DNA of 64,000 nt, from NCBI GenBank assembly GCA_963727625.1, contig CAVSHR010000005.1, positions 1,024,001 to 1,088,000 on the forward strand, written 5' to 3'. Of the stretch, positions 50,220 through 59,330 are shown piece after piece. The notes under the pieces are model-generated. The model was given only the letters and a program-made list of their open reading frames with translations. It was not told where the DNA came from and ran no database searches. The position numbers and the translations under genes are program-made. This DNA is from an uncultured delta proteobacterium. Its GTDB lineage: Bacteria > Desulfobacterota > Binatia > UBA9968. Position 1 is the first letter of the stretch; the number at the start of each line of letters is the position of its first letter.

Positions 50220-50639
50220 TTACGACTGTCTGTTACGATCAACCCTCGCGCACATGCCGTAGGCGACCATCGCAACTATTGTGGAAAAAAAGAAGCTCCA
50301 CAAGAATATAGCTGCTCCTTGATGTAACAGCAGAAGACTCACTGGAATTACTGGCGTGACGGCCAGAGCAGCAAGGCGTGGATGCCTCTCAACAAAACCG
50401 TACGGCAAGACGAGCGACAATACGCAATAAACAATTGAACCCAACACCACTGGGACCACAAAAAGGAGATACATGTACGCCGCGCTACCTAAAAACCATA
50501 ATAAGGTGTCACTACCCGGTGCACCTCGGAGCCTGAGTTCAAACTCCAGCGCAACCAAAAACACGGGCAAAAACACCACCGCCGCCATGAAGGCGTTCCA
50601 AAGGAACATCGATATGAGTTTCCGCCACTTCACTATCAT
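50220..50639 (-). CDS. Four-TM membrane protein, putative immunity for the orphan RHS tip
   Basis: Hydrophobic; ATGA overlap with the upstream toxin stop. Confidence 0.7.
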   Translation of the reverse strand: MIVKWRKLISMFLWNAFMAAVVFLPVFLVALEFELRLRGAPGSDTLLWFLGSAAYMYLLFVVPVVLGSIVYCVLSLVLPYGFVERHPRLAALAVTPVIPVSLLLLHQGAAIFLWSFFFSTIVAMVAYGMCARVDRNRQS

Positions 50640-52252
50640 TGCGTTCCAACCGTTACACTACCGCAAATTCCTGTGAGGCATATGGGATTCGACTCCCGGC
50701 TCCGAAACAAGAACTGCGTTGATCCGCCTACGGTCCGCGTAAGCTCAAAGGAAGGGAACGGGTCTATGACGCCTCGGGCGAGAATGCCCCCCGAATTTGC
50801 TGTAATCGAGAGGTTAAAGTCTATTGCCGGACCAATGCCGAACGGATCAAAAGAATTTCGAACAGCACCGCTCAAACCCACCGTGTTTCCTCTTACCCCA
50901 ACGTTTACTATATTACCTTGGCCAATTGTCAAAGCAGACCTGCAGACTTGAACTGCTGCGGCACATGTAGGGTTGACCTGAAAAGTGCCAGATCCCGTCT
51001 CAAAATCGAGATTGAAAAACGCGCGGGACCGAGTGGGATTTGGAGCAGGATCAAAATCGCGCGCATCTCCCCGAAGACCAAGGGCGGCTGGGGACCCAAT
51101 GAAGAACTCGCCTCGCGCCGATCCGGCACCAGGAACTACTGGAATAGGAAACTTGATCAACACAGGACTTGCTCCGCAAAAATCGTCTCCTGCACGGCAG
51201 CTCGCGAGGCCAGAGAACAAGTCAAGAGACCCGTCCGGAGCCGCGGCGGACAAGCCCCGGTTTTGAAGGTCCGACTGGATACCGGCGAGCGAGTGGCCGA
51301 TGTCGCCCAGCGCAAACGCCGTGCCCAAACCGAACCCGAAATCCGCTCCCGGCGGTAGCCCCGCCGCGATAAAGGCAAGGTTAAAAACGATGCGAAAGAT
51401 TTTTCCAAAGATGCTGTTAAAGAACCCGCCCTTTTTCTTATGCCGATGGAAATACCCATCGGGGTCGATGTAGTTCTGGGGATTGTTAACGACGTAGCTG
51501 TAGCGGTTGAGATTCTGCGGATCTAGCGGCGTCTGGACGAAGGGATCGGCGGACACGAACCGTCCGGTCTCGGCGTCGTAGTATCTTCCCCCGTAATAGT
51601 AAAGCCCGCTCTCGGGGTCGAGCTTCTGGCCGGTGAACCGGTGGGTTGGGTCGATCGTGCCCTCGGTTCGGGAAACACTGCCCCAGGGATCGTATTCGTT
51701 GAGCTGAACTCGGGTGCCAGCGATGTCGGTGATGACATTGACGCTGCCCAGGTGATCGTTGTGGTAGAAGTATTTGTTTGTTCCTCTTTTTGAAGCGAAG
51801 TTTTCGATCCCAATTCGGATAAACTTCGTGATCACTCCGTTGGGATCGATCTCGTAGCCGGCAAAGGGATAAATGGTGGTGCCACCCGGGGCATTCTTTT
51901 TTACGCGCACACCTGCATAGTCGTACTCCATCGACGTGCTGCCGCCGCCGGCGATGGCAATGCTGCTGACCCGGTTATCAATATCCCAGGTCAGCGTCTG
52001 GTTGCCTCTGGCGAGCATGTTGCCGTTGGCGTCGTAGCTGTAGTTTTTGCTCAAGCCCGAATGATTGGTGACCGCGGAGGGATGGTTGGCGTCGCTGTAG
52101 CTCAGCACCGCCCCGCACTTGTCGGTGAGATTGCCGATGGCGTTGTAGGTGTAGGTGCAGTTCTGCTGGGACTGATTCGTCCCGAAGGTGCCGGAACCAC
52201 TGATCATCCGGTTGAGATCGTCATAACCAAACGTCCGGCTTGCCGTGAACAA
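50636..52252 (-). CDS. Orphan RHS core + alternative C-terminal toxin cassette (no native start)
   Basis: RHS core translation identical to the main gene, YYGGRYYD...NPQNYIDPDG, different C-terminus. Confidence 0.85.
   Translation of the reverse strand: MFTASRTFGYDDLNRMISGSGTFGTNQSQQNCTYTYNAIGNLTDKCGAVLSYSDANHPSAVTNHSGLSKNYSYDANGNMLARGNQTLTWDIDNRVSSIAIAGGGSTSMEYDYAGVRVKKNAPGGTTIYPFAGYEIDPNGVITKFIRIGIENFASKRGTNKYFYHNDHLGSVNVITDIAGTRVQLNEYDPWGSVSRTEGTIDPTHRFTGQKLDPESGLYYYGGRYYDAETGRFVSADPFVQTPLDPQNLNRYSYVVNNPQNYIDPDGYFHRHKKKGGFFNSIFGKIFRIVFNLAFIAAGLPPGADFGFGLGTAFALGDIGHSLAGIQSDLQNRGLSAAAPDGSLDLFSGLASCRAGDDFCGASPVLIKFPIPVVPGAGSARGEFFIGSPAALGLRGDARDFDPAPNPTRSRAFFNLDFETGSGTFQVNPTCAAAVQVCRSALTIGQGNIVNVGVRGNTVGLSGAVRNSFDPFGIGPAIDFNLSITANSGGILARGVIDPFPSFELTRTVGGSTQFLFRSRESNPICLTGICGSVTVGTQ
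51260..52251. repeat. ~992-bp direct repeat of 54513-55504 (RHS core)
   Basis: Constant offset of 3253 at both ends; identical translations. Confidence 0.92.
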
Positions 52253-52263
52253 GGGGTCGGGAA

Positions 52264-53279
52264 GGGGTCAAGTATGGAGTTAGCTAATCCTCGCCACCAT
52301 CTTTTCGATCCGATCTCTGAGTTTTTTGTCCTTGGCCATCTGAGATTCTACCGCACGACAATTCCAACTCACTGTCGAATAAGTTCCGATGCCGAAGTAT
52401 TCCGCGATCTCAGGCAAGGGCCGATCGCAACAGCGCTTCACCAAGTAAAGCGCCACTTTCCGCGCCTCGTTCTCCCGTCCCCTTATTCCGCGAAAGATCT
52501 CCTGCCGCGCTACCTTGTACCGACGCACGACTTCGTTGATCACACGCTCCGGTCCCACCTCGACGACGCGCCGCTCATAGCGGGGATGTTCCCGTGCGGC
52601 GGGCACACCTAAAACTCTAAGCCGCTCGATGAACGTTTCACTGCCGAGGATCGGACTCCGACGCTTGGACTCATAATACTGCTTGAGCGACTCCTCGTTT
52701 CCCGATAGCACAAACTCGTGAAACGCCTGTCGCCCTCCAAGCTGTTCCAATGCCGGGGTGGTATCGAGCCAACCCGGTGCTCCTCTGGCCTGAACATAAT
52801 ACCGGTGGCTCGCCCACAGATAATCCTCGGGCATCTTGACCCATCCCGCCTCTACCGCGTTTAAATGAATATAACGGACCACCGCTGCCAGATACTCATC
52901 GGCCTCAATGAGGATCGCCTTATATCGGCCGCGGAACAGCGTCCCGTCGCGCCGGTGGCGGCGGTTGAATCGCTGGGTATAGATACCGTCCAAGTGGCGC
53001 ATTACTCGGGATAGATTCCCTCTCGGTGTTCTCACACACAGGTGATAATGATTTCCCATCAGAGAATAGGCAAAGACTTGGACGTCCCACAGCCGATGGG
53101 CTTCGGCGAGGGTATCGAGAAAGGCTTGATCGTCGGCCTCGTCGATAAACGTGGGCTGTCGTGCCCGACCCCGGTTCATGACATGGTACACCGCTTGGGG
53201 GAACTGTATTCTCAAGGGACGGGACATGGATATGAACTATCAAAGAAGGAGGGAACTAGTCAACTCCAGATTTGACCCC
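52264..53279 (-). mobile_element. RAYT element 2 with 18-bp imperfect inverted ends
   Basis: GGGGTCAAGTATGGAGTT ... AACTCCAGATTTGACCCC. Confidence 0.85.
52280..53227 (-). CDS. REP-associated tyrosine transposase, second copy
   Basis: 315 aa, collinear and highly similar to 48940-49887. Confidence 0.93.
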   Translation of the reverse strand: MSRPLRIQFPQAVYHVMNRGRARQPTFIDEADDQAFLDTLAEAHRLWDVQVFAYSLMGNHYHLCVRTPRGNLSRVMRHLDGIYTQRFNRRHRRDGTLFRGRYKAILIEADEYLAAVVRYIHLNAVEAGWVKMPEDYLWASHRYYVQARGAPGWLDTTPALEQLGGRQAFHEFVLSGNEESLKQYYESKRRSPILGSETFIERLRVLGVPAAREHPRYERRVVEVGPERVINEVVRRYKVARQEIFRGIRGRENEARKVALYLVKRCCDRPLPEIAEYFGIGTYSTVSWNCRAVESQMAKDKKLRDRIEKMVARIS

Positions 53280-53340
53280 CAATTGCCCCCAATTGCCTCC
53301 CAATTGCCTCCTGACCCCAATTGCACCATTCAATTGCCAC
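53276..53340. repeat. Stuttered CAATTG microrepeats with an extra TGACCCC at the RAYT2 end
   Basis: cccccaattgcccccaattgcctcccaattgcctcctgaccccaattgcaccattcaattgccac. Confidence 0.8.
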
Positions 53341-53355
53341 ATGCTCTTTCCCCTT

Positions 53356-53922
53356 CTATCTGCTTTCCCATGAGCCGAGTCCCCCAGCGCTCCTCTCCGG
53401 CTTGTAGAGCTCAGGACCCATTATGGTACTCATTATCTTTGCAATGTCTGATGAAAAGTATAATGAAGACGTGCCGTACGACATCAATGCGCCAAGATCC
53501 TGCCCCACGCAAGGATAGTACTTGAGGTAGCCGACGCGCATCAGATCTCGATCAAACGCGAGAATGAGGTAAACAACATCGCTGGCAAAGATGTCGCAAC
53601 GTGTGTCCTTGGGAACCTCGTTTCTCGCTGCGCGGAAGAACGCTGCAATGTCCTCACGCCTCGTTGTTTCATAAACCCATGCACTAGACCGGATCTCATC
53701 TACACTAAACAGGGCATCTTTTCCCCTCTTTGTCTTGTACATCTGCAAGACATCCACAGTATCTGCCGCATCTTGCTTGGTACTCAGTGCGTAGAATTGT
53801 GAGAAGTTGAGCAAGAGGTGGGAATAAGTGGGGTCAAGAAACCACCCGCTTCCCTCCTGCTTCGAGCAGGCGGAAGCGAGCGCCAGGATCAGAAGCGCCA
53901 GAACCCGGAACTTTGACATCAT
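53356..53922 (-). CDS. Lipoprotein, putative immunity protein of the main RHS toxin
   Basis: MSKFRVLALLILALASAC lipobox; ATGA overlap with the RHS stop. Confidence 0.78.
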   Translation of the reverse strand: MMSKFRVLALLILALASACSKQEGSGWFLDPTYSHLLLNFSQFYALSTKQDAADTVDVLQMYKTKRGKDALFSVDEIRSSAWVYETTRREDIAAFFRAARNEVPKDTRCDIFASDVVYLILAFDRDLMRVGYLKYYPCVGQDLGALMSYGTSSLYFSSDIAKIMSTIMGPELYKPERSAGGLGSWESR

Positions 53923-56900
53923 CGAGGAAATCTCACTGGCCGCTGGCCGACGAATTCAATCAAAAAGTCGCGGCCGGGAAGACGTCTGCCCACAGCATTG
54001 GCGAAGCCCGGCTTGTCAAAATTGAAGGCTTCACGCCTACCTGAGACGAATCCTTCGAAAGACAAATTGCCGCTCGGATCCTTGGCGAGTGTTCCTTCGA
54101 GAAGGAGCGTTGAGGTCCCGGTGCGAAGGGAGCCTGTGTCGACCTGCAGGGACAACCTAAGTTGCCTAGCTGAACCAGGTGCAAGGTCCGCCGCAGATCT
54201 GGTGAAACCTGGGAACTGTTCGGGTTGAGCCCCCGTATCCAGACTTGAGAAAGGAACCCTAGCGATGTCAGGCCGTCCCGGTAAAGCACCGCGCATGAAG
54301 AATAAGCCAGGCAAGATCAGTGTCGTTGGTAAATCGGTACCATTTTCCTTTCCACTAATCAGCAAACGAAGAAGATCTAGTCTCGCATCCGAGCATACAT
54401 CACATCCTGCCTCCACCGCCAATTGCAAGGCCGGGCTAAAAAACCCTCCTCCACCGGCGTGACTTAGACCGGGAATTAAGGACCCGTCCGGAGGCGCGGC
54501 TGATAACCCCCCGTTTTGAAGGTCCGACTGGATACCGGCGAGCGAGTGGCCGATGTCGCCCAGCGCAAACGCCGTGCCCAAACCGAACCCGAAATCCGCT
54601 CCCGGCGGTAGCCCCGCCGCGATAAAGGCAAGGTTAAAAACGATGCGAAAGATTTTTCCAAAGATGCTGTTAAAGAACCCGCCCTTTTTCTTATGCCGAT
54701 GGAAATACCCATCGGGGTCGATGTAGTTCTGGGGATTGTTAACGACGTAGCTGTAGCGGTTGAGATTCTGCGGATCTAGCGGCGTCTGGACGAAGGGATC
54801 GGCGGACACGAACCGTCCGGTCTCGGCGTCGTAGTATCTTCCCCCGTAATAGTAAAGCCCGCTCTCGGGGTCGAGCTTCTGGCCGGTGAACCGGTGGGTT
54901 GGGTCGATCGTGCCCTCGGTTCGGGAAACACTGCCCCAGGGATCGTATTCGTTGAGCTGAACTCGGGTGCCAGCGATGTCGGTGATGACATTGACGCTGC
55001 CCAGGTGATCGTTGTGGTAGAAGTATTTGTTTGTTCCTCTTTTTGAAGCGAAGTTTTCGATCCCAATTCGGATAAACTTCGTGATCACTCCGTTGGGATC
55101 GATCTCGTAGCCGGCAAAGGGATAAATGGTGGTGCCACCCGGGGCATTCTTTTTTACGCGCACACCTGCATAGTCGTACTCCATCGACGTGCTGCCGCCG
55201 CCGGCGATGGCAATGCTGCTGACCCGGTTATCAATATCCCAGGTCAGCGTCTGGTTGCCTCTGGCGAGCATGTTGCCGTTGGCGTCGTAGCTGTAGTTTT
55301 TGCTCAAGCCCGAATGATTGGTGACCGCGGAGGGATGGTTGGCGTCGCTGTAGCTCAGCACCGCCCCGCACTTGTCGGTGAGATTGCCGATGGCGTTGTA
55401 GGTGTAGGTGCAGTTCTGCTGGGACTGATTCGTCCCGAAGGTGCCGGAACCACTGATCATCCGGTTGAGATCGTCATAACCAAACGTCCGGCTTGCCGTG
55501 AACAGGCTGTCCGTAATCGAGGTGACGTTGCCGTTATTGTCGTAGCCGTAGGCAAGATTCTGCTGGTTGTTGGAAGTGGTCCGGTTGGTAACTCTGAAGT
55601 TGGCAGCGTTGTAGGTCCAGGTGGTGGTGAGGCTGTTGGCATAGGTCAGCGCGGTCTTTTGCCCTCTGGCGTTGTACGTGACGGCGTTGATGTAACCGGG
55701 TGCGCTGCTCAGCCAGCCCGCTTCGTTGTAAGTGTAGGTGACCGTCTCACTGTCGGGGAATGTCTCGCTGGTGATGCGGCCGAGGGCGTCGTAGCTCTGA
55801 GCCATCGTATGCCACACGCCCAGAAGCTGGCGCTGGGTCTGGGTGGTTCTGCCGAGCTGATCGTAGGCAAATTTCGTCGTGGTCGCCTGATCGACGATCT
55901 GGGTCACCCGGCCTTTCGAATAGGGCACCGCGGCATCGTCATAGGTCCAGGCGACTAGGGTCGTGCTCCCCTGCTTTTTGGTAAGCGGACGGCCAAGGGA
56001 ATCGTAAGTAAACGTCAGTGTCTGGTTTTTGGCGTCTTTCTGGGTCAGAAGGTCGCCGGCTAGATTATACGTGTACACCCAGGCGCCGGGCGTGCTGGTG
56101 GAACATGTTGTCAGACTGGACGCCGTGCCCATGTTGGGGTCGCACATGGCGATCTTGCGGCCCAGATAGTCATACGCGTTCAGGGTGTTGTGGCCGGCGT
56201 TATTGGTCACTTTGGTCAAAGAATCCGCCGCGTCGTACTGGTAGGTCGTAAAGTAAGACGCGCCGCTGTTGACTTCCTCGACCTGGATCACCCGGTGATG
56301 GGAATCGGTGTAAGTCCGTTTGATCTTTCCTCGCGGATCGGTGGCAATCACTTCGTGATGATCGTAGGCGGTCTGCGCGTTGGTGCCGTCCGGGAAATTC
56401 ACCCGCGTCTGCCGCCCGAGTACGTCGTAGAGGAATTCCGTCCAGACGGCTGTTTCAGTCGTAAAACGCGGCGCCGAGGTCCTCCACTCAAGCCCCCGGC
56501 TGTCAAAGAAAGTTTCGCTGACGATGGCCTGGCCGCCGGGTCCTTCCTGCGCAGATTGATAGTTCCGGCCCAAGCCGTCGAAGTACGCCTCGCTCGATAT
56601 GTAATTGCCCGTGCCATGCTGCTCGGTCCGATAGGCGGTTACCCGCTGCAAGCTGGGATTACCCCAGTTGAGATAGAACGTGCTCACGGTTCCATAGGTC
56701 GAGCTGCCGTCGAGCGGGCCGGTAATTTTTGTTACCCGACCAAACACATCGTAAGTTGAGGTCGTCGTCTGATTGTTGGCATCGGTCTGGCTGGTCATGA
56801 CGCCGAAGCGCTCGTCATATGCCATCGTGCTTTGATGATTGAGGCAGTTGGTAACGGTGGAGGGAAATGTTTGGCTGGATTCAAAGACAGTGGCAGTCGT

Positions 56901-59237
56901 GCAGCTCCGCGCGTCGGTCACCGACGTGCGATTGCCGTACGCGTCGTAGCTGTACGTAACCGTCGGGTTGCCTGCGTTTCCGATATTGCCGGCTAAGCGC
57001 GATTCTTCTTTTGTGACCAGGCCCCGCGTCCCGAGTGCGCCGTAAGCGGCGTTGTCGTAGTAAATCCAGCGCTCGCGCACCGTCGCCCCGGTGTTATCGA
57101 GGAGCGCCGTTCGCTTGGGGCGGTGAATCCAGTTGGCACTGTCAACGATCCATTCGGTGACTTCGGTTCTTTCATCGCCCGTGGTGGCCACGTCGCCCAG
57201 ATCATTTTTCTGGGTCGGGTTGCCGTTAGTGTCGTAGGTGAACGTCTCGGCATTTTGGTGGCAGGTGGCCTGGCCTTCGCACTCGTAATAGTCCGTCCGT
57301 GTCAGCGCCACGAAGGTTACGCCGGTGTAAGGATTCGACGTGGTAAAAGTGTTGACGACTTTGTTGTAGAGGGCGCCGGCGGCGCTGCGCGTTTCGATCT
57401 GGTAGGGGCGGCCCTTCTTGATGTCGTCTTGGTAAAACCATGTATCGGTGTAGTTGCCGATGGGATCGATGGCGCGGACTTTGGCGTGGCCGCGAAATTC
57501 TTTGCGATCGGCGTTAACCGCAGGGTTATAGTAGGTGAAGTTTGTGGTCGAGCTCCAGCCGAGCCCATCGCTCATCGTGCGGCTAATAACCCGGTGTCGT
57601 GTGCGGTCTACTTCTCCCGGGCGGACATAACCATGCAAACTCCCGCCACAGTTTCCTGGACCGCTGGTGGAAAATCCGACGAAGTCACAGTTGCTGTTAA
57701 AATCCTCGTCCCAAACGTCATAGAGCGCTACCGCATCGAGCACGTTTGAAGTATACGGGTAGCCATGCAGACTCCCGCCACAGTTTCCCGGACCGCTGCT
57801 CGACAGTCCGGCGAAGATGCAGTTGCTATTAAAATCCTCGTTCCAAACGTCATAGAGCGGAAGTGTGCCGGCTGCGCTTGACGTCAGCACAACGCCGTGC
57901 GAAGTCCACTGACACTCAGTGTCGGTACGAGTGTCGGTCAAGCCGCTGAAAACACAGTTGCTGTTAAAGTCTTCGTACCACACGGAATAAAGCGACTTGA
58001 TCTCCTCGTAGGCGAAACTCACCGATCCGCCGATGCCGTTGGTGGCGCTGGCTAGCACCGTGCCGACATAAGTAAAGGACCGGGGCGGTAAGGCGGAGGT
58101 TCCGTCACTGCCGATCGGCGTGACGCTTGTCAGCGTGAGATCGCCGGCGGCGCCGCCTTGCCAGGTTTGGTTGGGGTCACGGTCAATCGAGTAGTCGTAT
58201 CCGAAATTGTACCGACGCACCAAGCTATTGCCGACGCGGACCTCGATGGCATCGAGGCGGTAAAGCTGGTGATAAGAGGTGTGCCAGTCCGGACTGGTGT
58301 CCTTCCAGTCGGTTCGATTGCCCCGAATAAACGTCACCGTGCGGCTGTTGCCGACGAGCGAGCCGGCGTAGTAGGCATAAGTGATGGTATCGGGATAGAC
58401 CGCCTGATCGTAAGCCTTGTTGTTGTAACTTGAGCTTTGCTTGAAGTAGCTATATCGGACGGAAACGCCGCTGGTTGTCGAAACCTCATCGACGAAATAA
58501 CGAAAAGTGACCGGCACTTCAGTGTTGAGCGCGAAGGTGAGCCCCGTGGCGCGGCTGTTGGAAGTATAGCCGAAGCGGTGTGTGGTTCCGTCTTTGGTCC
58601 TTACCGTCCAGTAATCGCCGCTTGAAAAATAGTTGATCTTCCAAAACGTTTCATCCTTGGTCCGATAGCTTCCGCTGCCGATAGACACCAAATCATAGGT
58701 ATGACCGCCGAAGACGAGCTTGAAGCTGTCGTCCGACGTGCTGGTTGAACCTTTGGTATCTCGAACGATGAACCCACCAGTGTCCAGGCTCCAGCCGAGG
58801 CCGGTCCAATCGGCTTGATCGCGCTCGCTGTTGTTGCCCATGTCATCAACAACGCCGCTGTTGTAATTGAGCAAGATCTTCGGCGCGATGCCGGCCGCTC
58901 CTGGCGGAACCAATATTGGAATCTCGGCGCCGGCTGAGCCGGTGAAAAGATCGGCCTGGAAGGATTGAATATTAAAACCATCGACTGAGGCGCCGAGACC
59001 CGCCGTTGCTGCGCTAGTCGTAACGGTTGCACCTGGCTTGGTCGGTTTCTTGGTTGTTTGGTTCGCGGCACTCGACGCGGCTGATGTTGTTTGAGTTGAA
59101 CTTGCGCTGATATGCGACGCCTCTGAAGAAGATTGATCAACAATTGCTATCAGGAATATTAGGGCCGCCACTTGAAATAGATGGGAGAGCATAGGTTGTT
59201 GCGAGATTGAAAAAGTTCCAAGCCTGTGAGTGATCAT
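53919..59237 (-). CDS. Secreted RHS/YD-repeat toxin (SpvB-like N-terminus, colicin-M-like C-terminus)
   Basis: Signal peptide, DLFTGSA..IPILVPPG..G.GWSL, many YD repeats, RHS core with DPDG, variable tip. Confidence 0.92.
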   Translation of the reverse strand: MITHRLGTFSISQQPMLSHLFQVAALIFLIAIVDQSSSEASHISASSTQTTSAASSAANQTTKKPTKPGATVTTSAATAGLGASVDGFNIQSFQADLFTGSAGAEIPILVPPGAAGIAPKILLNYNSGVVDDMGNNSERDQADWTGLGWSLDTGGFIVRDTKGSTSTSDDSFKLVFGGHTYDLVSIGSGSYRTKDETFWKINYFSSGDYWTVRTKDGTTHRFGYTSNSRATGLTFALNTEVPVTFRYFVDEVSTTSGVSVRYSYFKQSSSYNNKAYDQAVYPDTITYAYYAGSLVGNSRTVTFIRGNRTDWKDTSPDWHTSYHQLYRLDAIEVRVGNSLVRRYNFGYDYSIDRDPNQTWQGGAAGDLTLTSVTPIGSDGTSALPPRSFTYVGTVLASATNGIGGSVSFAYEEIKSLYSVWYEDFNSNCVFSGLTDTRTDTECQWTSHGVVLTSSAAGTLPLYDVWNEDFNSNCIFAGLSSSGPGNCGGSLHGYPYTSNVLDAVALYDVWDEDFNSNCDFVGFSTSGPGNCGGSLHGYVRPGEVDRTRHRVISRTMSDGLGWSSTTNFTYYNPAVNADRKEFRGHAKVRAIDPIGNYTDTWFYQDDIKKGRPYQIETRSAAGALYNKVVNTFTTSNPYTGVTFVALTRTDYYECEGQATCHQNAETFTYDTNGNPTQKNDLGDVATTGDERTEVTEWIVDSANWIHRPKRTALLDNTGATVRERWIYYDNAAYGALGTRGLVTKEESRLAGNIGNAGNPTVTYSYDAYGNRTSVTDARSCTTATVFESSQTFPSTVTNCLNHQSTMAYDERFGVMTSQTDANNQTTTSTYDVFGRVTKITGPLDGSSTYGTVSTFYLNWGNPSLQRVTAYRTEQHGTGNYISSEAYFDGLGRNYQSAQEGPGGQAIVSETFFDSRGLEWRTSAPRFTTETAVWTEFLYDVLGRQTRVNFPDGTNAQTAYDHHEVIATDPRGKIKRTYTDSHHRVIQVEEVNSGASYFTTYQYDAADSLTKVTNNAGHNTLNAYDYLGRKIAMCDPNMGTASSLTTCSTSTPGAWVYTYNLAGDLLTQKDAKNQTLTFTYDSLGRPLTKKQGSTTLVAWTYDDAAVPYSKGRVTQIVDQATTTKFAYDQLGRTTQTQRQLLGVWHTMAQSYDALGRITSETFPDSETVTYTYNEAGWLSSAPGYINAVTYNARGQKTALTYANSLTTTWTYNAANFRVTNRTTSNNQQNLAYGYDNNGNVTSITDSLFTASRTFGYDDLNRMISGSGTFGTNQSQQNCTYTYNAIGNLTDKCGAVLSYSDANHPSAVTNHSGLSKNYSYDANGNMLARGNQTLTWDIDNRVSSIAIAGGGSTSMEYDYAGVRVKKNAPGGTTIYPFAGYEIDPNGVITKFIRIGIENFASKRGTNKYFYHNDHLGSVNVITDIAGTRVQLNEYDPWGSVSRTEGTIDPTHRFTGQKLDPESGLYYYGGRYYDAETGRFVSADPFVQTPLDPQNLNRYSYVVNNPQNYIDPDGYFHRHKKKGGFFNSIFGKIFRIVFNLAFIAAGLPPGADFGFGLGTAFALGDIGHSLAGIQSDLQNGGLSAAPPDGSLIPGLSHAGGGGFFSPALQLAVEAGCDVCSDARLDLLRLLISGKENGTDLPTTLILPGLFFMRGALPGRPDIARVPFSSLDTGAQPEQFPGFTRSAADLAPGSARQLRLSLQVDTGSLRTGTSTLLLEGTLAKDPSGNLSFEGFVSGRREAFNFDKPGFANAVGRRLPGRDFLIEFVGQRPVRFPR
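57625..57992 (-). repeat. Three ~44-aa Cys-containing intragenic repeats in RHS
   Basis: LYxVWxEDFNSNCxFxGxS..GPGNCGGSLHGY, 132-bp spacing between repeats 2 and 3. Confidence 0.85.
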
Positions 59238-59330
59238 CTCCTCGCCTCCGCTTTCAAATTTACGTAAGACCGATTTCTGTTCCGGGAAAATCGTAAGGAG
59301 GCTTTTACACGGTGGGGTGAGTCTTGTCCA

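Noticed and set aside
50140-50222. GTTAGGT/GTTAGGC motifs as an integron attC site
   Set aside because: No matching complementary R-box pair or attC hairpin could be built, and no integron integrase is present.
53276-53340. CAATTG repeats as a CRISPR array
   Set aside because: Units are about 10 bp with no spacers and there are no cas genes.
51260-55504. RHS duplication as a DGR template/variable repeat pair
   Set aside because: No reverse transcriptase and no adenine-specific mismatches; the copies appear identical.
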